Made by a program: the position numbers and the translations under genes. The notes under the pieces were generated by a model. The model was not told the DNA's origin. It worked only from the letters and a program-made list of their open reading frames with translations, and did not search any database. Shown one piece after another: positions 8,682 through 16,103 of a DNA stretch of 41,176 nucleotides (position 1 is its first letter; every line of letters starts with the position of its first letter). Origin of the DNA: a virus (lineage: Duplodnaviria > Caudoviricetes); IMG/VR virus record IMGVR_UViG_3300002307_000101, positions 1-41,176 of that record. One strand, given 5' to 3'.

Positions 8682-9671
8682 ATGAGCCTAGTACCAGTCT
8701 ACCTGAGAAATATACCAAACGTTGGTATAACCGCCGCTATCAGCAACAGCTCCAGTGGCCTAGCCTTCCACCAGATTTCTATCAAAGCGTCCAAATGGCG
8801 GCTGCAAGACCCGCAAGGTGGCGAGGAGATAGTGCCAACACATTACCTGGACGTCATCGTTGTCGGCGCTAACCCAAACAAATCCAAGGTATATTACGCC
8901 TCTGCGTACAATCCTGCGGACACAGCCATAAAAGCGCCGGACTGCTGGAGTGACGACGGTGTTGCGCCTGCTGCCAAGGCCGGAAACAAACAGGCGGTGT
9001 CGTGCGCCGCGTGCCCGCATAACGTCTGGGGCAGCAAAGTGACCCCCAACGGCTCACAGACTAAAACCTGCGCTGACTCAGTGAGGCTGGCTGTTGTTAT
9101 CGCAGACAACCCCACAGGTCCGGCTTTTGCGCTTCGCGTACCTGCTGCGTCGCTCGCTAATATGTACGCCTTCTTTGGCGACATCGCGTCGCGCGGCCAT
9201 GAGGCTGAGCACTTCGTTGTCCGCCTGAGTTTCGACGACGCCGCTGATTACGCGAAAATTAAGTTCACTGCTGTGGCTTGGGTAAGCGAGCAGCAGGCCG
9301 GCGCTATCGCCCGGGTCATCGGTACTCCGGAAGTTGACAAGCTGCTTGGCAAAGACGTCCAGAGCGCCCCCGCTCTGCCCGCTCCTGCACCAGCGCCTCT
9401 TGCTATTACCCAGACTGCTCCTGCGGGTCCTGCGGCTCCTAACTTCGAGCAGGGTATGTTCGCGGTTAACAGCGCTGCTCCTGAAGCCGCCAAGCCGCGC
9501 AGCCGTGCCAAGGCCGCCAAGGTTACCGCTCCTGCTGAGCACGTAGTACCTTCGTTCTTAGGAAACAAAGACGTACCTAATACCTCCGCACCTGCTGCGT
9601 CGGTGAAGGTTGTGGCACCGCCTACAGATTCAGGTCTTGACGACCTTATCGGGAAGGCTATGGGCGTATGA
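8682..9671 (+). CDS. Putative ssDNA-binding/annealing protein with Cys cluster
   Basis: PDCWSDDG...CAACPHN...KTC; beta-rich core; Pro/Ala linker; acidic LDDL tail. The function is inferred from position. Confidence 0.6.
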   Translation: MSLVPVYLRNIPNVGITAAISNSSSGLAFHQISIKASKWRLQDPQGGEEIVPTHYLDVIVVGANPNKSKVYYASAYNPADTAIKAPDCWSDDGVAPAAKAGNKQAVSCAACPHNVWGSKVTPNGSQTKTCADSVRLAVVIADNPTGPAFALRVPAASLANMYAFFGDIASRGHEAEHFVVRLSFDDAADYAKIKFTAVAWVSEQQAGAIARVIGTPEVDKLLGKDVQSAPALPAPAPAPLAITQTAPAGPAAPNFEQGMFAVNSAAPEAAKPRSRAKAAKVTAPAEHVVPSFLGNKDVPNTSAPAASVKVVAPPTDSGLDDLIGKAMGV

Positions 9672-10033
9672 AGCTAACGGACCGGATGAGACAGGCGATG
9701 GACACCGCTGGCTTTTCCGTGTCCGACATGGCGCTGTGGTTCGGAGTGAGCCGCACGTCCATGTGCACCTGGCTGGGGAAGACGCGCGAGTGGCATACTC
9801 CAAAGACAAATAAGCACCGGCAATTATCCGAGCTTGTTGACTTGCTGCTTTCGTGTACCCCCGGCCAGCTACCCATAGGGCTAGACGTTCGCCAATCGGA
9901 GCGCCGCGCGCTCATACAGCGGGTAAAGCAGGATGCTATTAAGAAAGTTTCTAAACCTAGTCTGTCCCCAAAACGGCCTGAAATGCTTGACGACCATAAG
10001 CCGAGACAAAAAGGTCGCACAAAACTTCGTTGA
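9668..10033 (+). CDS. Helix-turn-helix DNA-binding protein
   Basis: FSVSDMALWFGVSRTSMCTWL is XRE/Cro-like. Confidence 0.75.
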   Translation: MKLTDRMRQAMDTAGFSVSDMALWFGVSRTSMCTWLGKTREWHTPKTNKHRQLSELVDLLLSCTPGQLPIGLDVRQSERRALIQRVKQDAIKKVSKPSLSPKRPEMLDDHKPRQKGRTKLR

Positions 10034-12635
10034 CTCCCACGAGGCACTAGCCTCCGCGATTGAGTCAGCCGCGAGTAATGAGGGGTTGGATGTATACCAT
10101 GCCTGCGCCACGTTCATAAGCGCAGGGAGTAGGAAGTCGTCGAACGCTGCATTCATGCGGTCGTTCTGGGGGGACGTTGACGCCGGGGAGGGCAAGCCGT
10201 ATGCGAGCGCAGATATTGCAATTCAAGCCGTCGATGCCTTCGCCGAGAAACTGGGTCTGCCATATCCAATACTGGTACGTAGCGGAAGCGGGGTGCATGT
10301 CTACTGGCCCCTCACTAGAGATGTCACTGCGGCTGAGTGGCTGCCAGTTGCTAAGCTGCTCAAACAAGTCGCTGCTCAATGCGGGCTTCACGCCGACCCC
10401 TCCCGCACTGCCGACCCTGCCTCAATTCTCAGACCTCCTGGAACGTACAATAGAAAGTCCGCCCCGAGACCAGTAGAAGCGCAGGACGACGAGATTGAAC
10501 TGATAAGCATTGAGGACTTTGCCGCAAAGCTCAAAGCTGTGCAGCTAGCGCCTGTTGCTACTGTGCACGCATCGGCAAAGGCCGGCGGCATACTGGCTTC
10601 TGTACTCGCCAGTCAAGGGTCTTCATCCGTCGAGAACGGCGTGGCAAAAGGCGGGCGCAACAACGCCTGCGCCAGTTACGCAGGCAAGCTGTTCACCGGG
10701 GGCAGGCATACCTTCGAGCAAGGGCTAGCCGCTGTGCTGGAGATGAACAAGAAGAACCAGCCGCCGCTTGACGAGGCTGAGGTTGTAGCGACCGTAAAGA
10801 GTATATGGAATAAGGAGCAGAGCAAACCAGCGCCTCCCCCCATTATAATAGGCAATGCGGAGTTCGCGCGCCCGCTTTTGCCCGAAGGATACTCGGCAGC
10901 TCCCGGCGGAGCTATGTACGCCAATATTGAAGACGGCGAGGGGAAGCCGAAGAACATACTTATTGCGTACTACGAGTGCTACCTGACCGACGTATGCCGC
11001 AAAGAGAACGAGCCGAAGGAATCGTACGTCTTCACGGCGTACCACCCTCACGCGGGGTGGCATAGGTTTTTGGTGCGCAGAGATGAGTTTGAAGGTGCCT
11101 CGTGGCTTGGTATAATGGGGCTGAACTGCACAGACGTAGGCGACGGTCGGTACTTCAAATCCTATGTTAAGGCAGCAGCCGTGAAACTGAAGAAGGACAA
11201 AATGGACTCAGTGACATACAGCCAGTTCGGTTGGAAAGACGACAGGAAGTCATTCCTTATTGGGAACTCCCTGATTTGCGAGGGCGGCAAAGTTGAGTAT
11301 GCCTTTGGCGACCCGGACTTAGAAGCCCGCATGCCGGGGTTCAAGATACTGCCCAACACAACCCGCGAAGCGTGGAGTGTCGCCGGTAACAAGCTCTACG
11401 CCCCCGGGTTTGAGGCAGTAGGCTTCGCGCTCGCTGCTTCGTTCGGCGCGATATTTATGCCGTTCGTTTGCGGGCAGGGAGACGGCGGCGCGGTGCTGTC
11501 GCTGTTCTCAAAAGCCAGTGGGTTGGGTAAGAGCAACACCTGCCAAGCTGTTGCGAGTGTGTGGGGGGATATAAAAGTTATGGGGCTGGGTGGCGCGGCC
11601 ACAACCAACGCTAAGTTCAATGTCATTAGCAAAAACAAGAACATACCTGTTATTGTAGAGGAGCTGTCCATGCGCGACCACGAGGTAGCGCTGGACTTCC
11701 TCAAGCGGTTCATGACCGGCAAAGATAAGGAGCGCTCGCGCCGCGACGGGTCGGTCGAGTATAAAGACACGAGCTTCCAGACTATACTTATTTGCACGGG
11801 CAACGACTCTCTCGCCGAGTTAATCCGGGCTAGCGGCGACCAAGGGGCTATGGCTCGGCTGTTTGAAATAGCCATGCCGGAGCCGGCGGATAAGGTGCTG
11901 TTCAATGAGTTCAACAGGATATGCGACGCGATGTCGGCCAACCGTGGCCATGCGGGGCGTGAGTTCGTCTACCGCATTCTTAGCACGCCGGGTCTGTTGG
12001 AGTGGACGGTGAAACAGCTCGACGCCCACGTCGAGTACTACAAGGCGAAGCTGGAGACGACGCCCAAAGACCGCTACATAGTATACCTCCTCGCCTGCAC
12101 ACATGTCGCTTCTAAGCTGGTAAATGCCTTTGGTATTCTGGAGTACGGCACCGACCGCATAATGAACTGGGGAGTAGACTGCGCCACTGACCGCATCGCC
12201 AACCCGATGTTCGACACCGCCACCGAGACGCTTAACCAGTTTATCTCTGAGCACATGCAGGAGTGTGTCGTCGTCGAGCACCCGTGGTATCAGGGGCGCA
12301 CGTGCAACGTGCTGCGCTGGCCCACAGGGCGCGTGCTCATGCGCCTGGAGCAGTCAAACATGCGGCTGTATATACCCGTCAAGATTATGCGCTCGTGGCT
12401 GGCAAAGTCCCACGGCCACCTAAACACACTGGCACTGGCGCTATTTAATGAGGGCGTGATTACCAACCCTCAGCGGACTATAAGTCTGGGCGCTGGTACT
12501 ATATACCCTTCGGCGCAGTTACAGTGCTGGGAAATAGATATGAGTCATAGCGCGGTAAGCGGCCAGTTGGCGCTTGTGGAGAAGTTGCCGCTGAAGTTCC
12601 CGCGAAATATAACTTCTCTAAATAAAAAAGCGTGA
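9933..12635 (+). CDS. Primase-helicase (AEP/RepB-like primase + PriCT-like + DUF927-type P-loop helicase)
   Basis: WGDVDAG, SGSGVHVYW, LRPPGTYN, GGRNN, QFGW, SGLGKS Walker A, VIVEE Walker B. Confidence 0.88.
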   Translation: MLLRKFLNLVCPQNGLKCLTTISRDKKVAQNFVDSHEALASAIESAASNEGLDVYHACATFISAGSRKSSNAAFMRSFWGDVDAGEGKPYASADIAIQAVDAFAEKLGLPYPILVRSGSGVHVYWPLTRDVTAAEWLPVAKLLKQVAAQCGLHADPSRTADPASILRPPGTYNRKSAPRPVEAQDDEIELISIEDFAAKLKAVQLAPVATVHASAKAGGILASVLASQGSSSVENGVAKGGRNNACASYAGKLFTGGRHTFEQGLAAVLEMNKKNQPPLDEAEVVATVKSIWNKEQSKPAPPPIIIGNAEFARPLLPEGYSAAPGGAMYANIEDGEGKPKNILIAYYECYLTDVCRKENEPKESYVFTAYHPHAGWHRFLVRRDEFEGASWLGIMGLNCTDVGDGRYFKSYVKAAAVKLKKDKMDSVTYSQFGWKDDRKSFLIGNSLICEGGKVEYAFGDPDLEARMPGFKILPNTTREAWSVAGNKLYAPGFEAVGFALAASFGAIFMPFVCGQGDGGAVLSLFSKASGLGKSNTCQAVASVWGDIKVMGLGGAATTNAKFNVISKNKNIPVIVEELSMRDHEVALDFLKRFMTGKDKERSRRDGSVEYKDTSFQTILICTGNDSLAELIRASGDQGAMARLFEIAMPEPADKVLFNEFNRICDAMSANRGHAGREFVYRILSTPGLLEWTVKQLDAHVEYYKAKLETTPKDRYIVYLLACTHVASKLVNAFGILEYGTDRIMNWGVDCATDRIANPMFDTATETLNQFISEHMQECVVVEHPWYQGRTCNVLRWPTGRVLMRLEQSNMRLYIPVKIMRSWLAKSHGHLNTLALALFNEGVITNPQRTISLGAGTIYPSAQLQCWEIDMSHSAVSGQLALVEKLPLKFPRNITSLNKKA

Positions 12636-12641
12636 TAGAAT
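12614..12641 (+). promoter_or_regulatory. Possible extended -10 promoter for the fibre-like island
   Basis: TG-a-TAGAAT at 12633-12641; weak -35 TTCTCT. Confidence 0.4.
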
Positions 12642-12687
12642 ACTGCCACCGGACACAGAATTTTAACGCTCAACACAGGAGCTTCTT

Positions 12688-13530
12688 ATGGCAGCCGCAC
12701 CCAATGGACTTTCGATATTCCCACTCGCCCTCGTAACCCAGCCTCAACAGGCTGAGTACTTCGTTGACAACCTCAACCAGCTCGCCGAACTGATTGCTGT
12801 TCAGTGCGCCCCGATTGCGTCACCTTCCTTCACGACCCCCACGCTGGGTGTTGCAACCGCCACCAGCATCAACGGCCTGACGCTTACGACCAGCACGGGC
12901 ACGCTGACTGTCGCCAACGGCAAGACGCTGACTGCTAACAGCACGCTGACGCTCGCCGGCGTGGATAGCAAAACCCTGACTGTCAACAACAGCTTAACTC
13001 TTGCTGGTACTGACGCCACGGTGATGACTTTCCCGACAACCTCCGATACGGTTGTTGGCCTCACTGTCGCCCAGACCCTTACCAACAAAACGTTGACCGA
13101 CCCCATCATGACCAACGTGACACGTTGCAGTGCTCAGGCGGATGCTACGACAACGACGCTTGCTAACATCACCGGCCTTACTCAGACTGTGGCTGTCGGT
13201 ACTTACCGCTTCCGCTACTTCCTGACCACGACCTGCGGCGGTACGGGTGGTATCAAGACGGCGTTTAAATACACCACCACGGTTGTCAGCGCCATCACCT
13301 ACACCTCCATCGCCATGACCGCTTCGGCCATTGCGGTTGCGACGGGCACCACAACCACCGACCAGGCAACCCATATTGCTTCCAACACCGCCAACATTGC
13401 GGTGATTGTGGAAGGGACGATGACGGTATCCACGGGTGGAACGATTGCGTTGCAGTTCGCAGAAAACTCTACCAACAGCACGTCGAGCGTCCTTGTCGGT
13501 TCGTACATGGAGTTCACACGTATTGCTTAA
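12688..13530 (+). CDS. Thr-rich fibre/virion appendage-like protein
   Basis: TLTLAG repeats, AQTLTNKTLT, beta-sandwich-like C-terminus; RBS CAGGAG. Confidence 0.7.
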   Translation: MAAAPNGLSIFPLALVTQPQQAEYFVDNLNQLAELIAVQCAPIASPSFTTPTLGVATATSINGLTLTTSTGTLTVANGKTLTANSTLTLAGVDSKTLTVNNSLTLAGTDATVMTFPTTSDTVVGLTVAQTLTNKTLTDPIMTNVTRCSAQADATTTTLANITGLTQTVAVGTYRFRYFLTTTCGGTGGIKTAFKYTTTVVSAITYTSIAMTASAIAVATGTTTTDQATHIASNTANIAVIVEGTMTVSTGGTIALQFAENSTNSTSSVLVGSYMEFTRIA

Positions 13531-13552
13531 CCCTAAACATGGAGGACACGCC

Positions 13553-13744
13553 ATGAACTACACTATCACTTTTACTGCTGAAGAACTTGACCTCGTAGGG
13601 GTAGCGCTGGGTAAACTCCCAATGGAGATGGCGCTGCCCCTATGGACAAAGTTGAAGAATGAAGTAACAGCGCAGCAGGCTACACAACCCATTCCGGAGC
13701 TTGTTACCGATGTCAACGATACCCCTGATAACAGCGCCAGTTAA
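13553..13744 (+). CDS. Small protein (possible fibre chaperone), 63 aa
   Basis: RBS GGAGGA before ATG 13553; MNYTITFTAEELDLVGVALGKLP. Confidence 0.7.
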   Translation: MNYTITFTAEELDLVGVALGKLPMEMALPLWTKLKNEVTAQQATQPIPELVTDVNDTPDNSAS

Positions 13745-14537
13745 TGCGGACAGCACGCTATCTGCGCTCAACAACCTCATCGACCAGATAAACACCATCG
13801 TCGGGCCGTTCACAAACTCGGCGGTGGTGATTACCGGCGGTACAATAAACGGCACGGCTATCGGCGGCACAGTACCCGCAGCGGGGGCGTTCACTACCCT
13901 GACCGGTACGTCGGGTAGCATCAACGGTGACACAATAGCCACGCTCACGGCGGCGCAGACTCTCACAAATAAAATATTGACCTCTCCGGCAATTACCGGC
14001 GGCACGCTTAACAACACGGTAATAGGCGGCGTCACGCCCGCCGCAGCTACGTTCACGACAGCCGCAGCTACCAGTCTCACATTCTCCAGCACCACAGGTG
14101 TCGTGGGTACTACGACCAACGACAGCGCAGCAGCGGGGAGTGTTGGGGAAGTTATTTCGGCAAACGTGGCCATTGGCGCCCCAATCCCGCTAACCACTAA
14201 CACCCCGGCAACCGTCACCTCCATCTCTCTGACCGCTGGTGATTGGGATGTGTGGGGGCAGATAGCGTTCACGCTAGGCGCGGGCACGCTGGTCACGAGT
14301 ACGTCTGTTGGTATTAGCCAGACCGCCGCCACTCTACCTACGACGTACAGCAACTCCGCTCAGCCGCTCAGCAAGCTGGATGTTACCTACGCAGCAAGCG
14401 CTATAATCTCCTTGCAAACCGGCACGGGGGTTGTCAAACTCTCCGGCACTACCACTATCTATTTAGTGACCAACGCCATATTTACAGTGAACACCGCTGC
14501 GGCGTTTGGTTTTATTGCCGCACGGCGGAGGCGATAA
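13710..14537 (+). CDS. Fibre/virion appendage-like protein
   Basis: ITGGTINGTAIGG repeats; C-terminal VGEVIS...SISLTAGDWDVWG...TTIYLV...ARRRR domain resembling phage fibre tips. Confidence 0.72.
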   Translation: MSTIPLITAPVNADSTLSALNNLIDQINTIVGPFTNSAVVITGGTINGTAIGGTVPAAGAFTTLTGTSGSINGDTIATLTAAQTLTNKILTSPAITGGTLNNTVIGGVTPAAATFTTAAATSLTFSSTTGVVGTTTNDSAAAGSVGEVISANVAIGAPIPLTTNTPATVTSISLTAGDWDVWGQIAFTLGAGTLVTSTSVGISQTAATLPTTYSNSAQPLSKLDVTYAASAIISLQTGTGVVKLSGTTTIYLVTNAIFTVNTAAAFGFIAARRRR

Positions 14538-15228
14538 TAAGCTGCTCCAGCGACATGCCTTTATCTTCCTCGACCTGCGCTATTATCCTATCCAGTATGC
14601 TCGTCTCTTTCTTCTTCAGCCGGTTCTCGTCCGACTTCAGCCCTAGATTCTGTATAGCAATAGCGGCGTCTTTCTTGGCTGATACTATCCGCACGTAGTT
14701 AGGGTCGCCGGGCGACGGCAGCGGTATGTTCATCGTCTCGTCCAGTACCACGAACGACTGCGCGTACAGCCGGTCGAAGTAAACGGAGTCTAGTACATTA
14801 GCCCCGTCGCGTACCCCTGCGCTTGCAGAAGCGGTAATTGTTTCTTGAGCCTGGCGCCGATGTCCGTTCTGTACATGGGTGAGTTTGGCAGACTCAATTT
14901 TTTCAAAGTCCGGTATGCCGCTTTGGAGGAGGATGTCACCGAGTCCCCCGTCCCGGTCACTACCAGTACGTAGTCCCCCGCTGTCACCCAGCACTCCTTG
15001 TTTTGTATCTTCCCGTCCACCTCGTGCGGAGCCGTCCCCATCTTTATCTGGCATGGATGCAAGTGCTGCTCTAGTGATGGAGTTATCCCGTAAATTGGTA
15101 TGTCCGTCACGTGGCGGCCTGTCAAACGAGAATACGGGTAGTCCGGTATCGACAGCACTATCCCCGTCGCTACCTCGTCCATCCGGAAGTTTCGGGCGTC
15201 CTTTCCCTCGCACAGGTCCATTAACCAT
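14512..15228 (-). CDS. Overprinted hypothetical protein; terminase small subunit candidate
   Basis: 238-aa ORF with SD GAAGGAG 10 nt before the ATG; N-terminal GRPK; the non-overlapping C-terminus is helical and protein-like. The start is uncertain. Confidence 0.55.
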   Translation of the reverse strand: MVNGPVRGKGRPKLPDGRGSDGDSAVDTGLPVFSFDRPPRDGHTNLRDNSITRAALASMPDKDGDGSARGGREDTKQGVLGDSGGLRTGSDRDGGLGDILLQSGIPDFEKIESAKLTHVQNGHRRQAQETITASASAGVRDGANVLDSVYFDRLYAQSFVVLDETMNIPLPSPGDPNYVRIVSAKKDAAIAIQNLGLKSDENRLKKKETSILDRIIAQVEEDKGMSLEQLIIASAVRQ

Positions 15229-16103
15229 TCAACTGTATCTCCTTCATGCAGGGCTGCTTGTATGTTCACCGCCGGGTAACCGAAGCGGCAGGTGAACTCC
15301 AAAGGCCACGGTGTCCCCTCTTCGTCTATGATGCAGTTTACATCTATGTCGCCCGTGTGTCCAGTGGCAGCGATAGCATCCTCCAATGGTTTCAACACCT
15401 TGGAAGCCAGCTTGGACTTTGTAACATATCGTAACACTGTGCCCTGCTCGCCGGTGGACACACCCAGCTCGCCGTTCATTAACTTCTTGAACTCAAAGTT
15501 TTCTTCCCATCCACGGTTAAATCCACCGGGGCCGAACCAGCCTGCGACGGCGGCCTCGGTGCCGCCTACGAACTCTTGCAGCATGAACGGAGGCTTGAGC
15601 TTGCCGAGCTTCTGCCAGCGCTCCAACATAAACACCATGTCGGCGGCATCCTTCGATACGTAGCTCATAGCCTTGTCGGGGTGGTCGCCTGCGGGCTTGG
15701 ACACGAAGCGCTTGTTTTCCTTCTTCACGTAGCGCACGGCGTCATCGAAGCGGTGGAAGGTCTTGAACGGTATGGTGGGTATGCCGTGCTTCTCAAATAT
15801 TTTCTGGCCGAACTCGCGGTCAATCTCCCATTTAGCTGACTCCTGCGTCGCGCCGATAACGGGTATGCCCTGTGCCCGCCATGAGTCCGCCTCGATAAGA
15901 TAGCGGCTGTTCTCGGCGAGGATGATGATGTCTGCCCAATTCACAGAGGGGCGGTACTCGCGCAGTATCTCCGTCATGCCTTTTCCGGAGTCGCCGCCGT
16001 GTATGTCGTCCTTGACGTAGCGCCGCACCTTGTGCCCGTCGCGTGTAGCGCGCCAGGCGAAGTCGGTCATCTCGCCGTTCTGGTCAATTAGAAGAACTTT
16101 CAT
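14790..16103 (-). CDS. PurD/GAR-synthetase-like ATP-grasp ligase (divergent)
   Basis: VSKPAG, QEFVGGTE, FKKLMNGELGVSTGEQG (cf. HKR..DGD.GPNTGGMG), LEFTCRFGYP (cf. EFNCRFGDP), C-terminal YRTDIG. Confidence 0.85.
   Translation of the reverse strand: MKVLLIDQNGEMTDFAWRATRDGHKVRRYVKDDIHGGDSGKGMTEILREYRPSVNWADIIILAENSRYLIEADSWRAQGIPVIGATQESAKWEIDREFGQKIFEKHGIPTIPFKTFHRFDDAVRYVKKENKRFVSKPAGDHPDKAMSYVSKDAADMVFMLERWQKLGKLKPPFMLQEFVGGTEAAVAGWFGPGGFNRGWEENFEFKKLMNGELGVSTGEQGTVLRYVTKSKLASKVLKPLEDAIAATGHTGDIDVNCIIDEEGTPWPLEFTCRFGYPAVNIQAALHEGDTVEWLMDLCEGKDARNFRMDEVATGIVLSIPDYPYSRLTGRHVTDIPIYGITPSLEQHLHPCQIKMGTAPHEVDGKIQNKECWVTAGDYVLVVTGTGDSVTSSSKAAYRTLKKLSLPNSPMYRTDIGARLKKQLPLLQAQGYATGLMY

Noticed and set aside
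14790-16103. Assigning the symbol purD as a purine auxiliary metabolic gene
   Set aside because: Substrate-binding motifs are altered and the context is structural.
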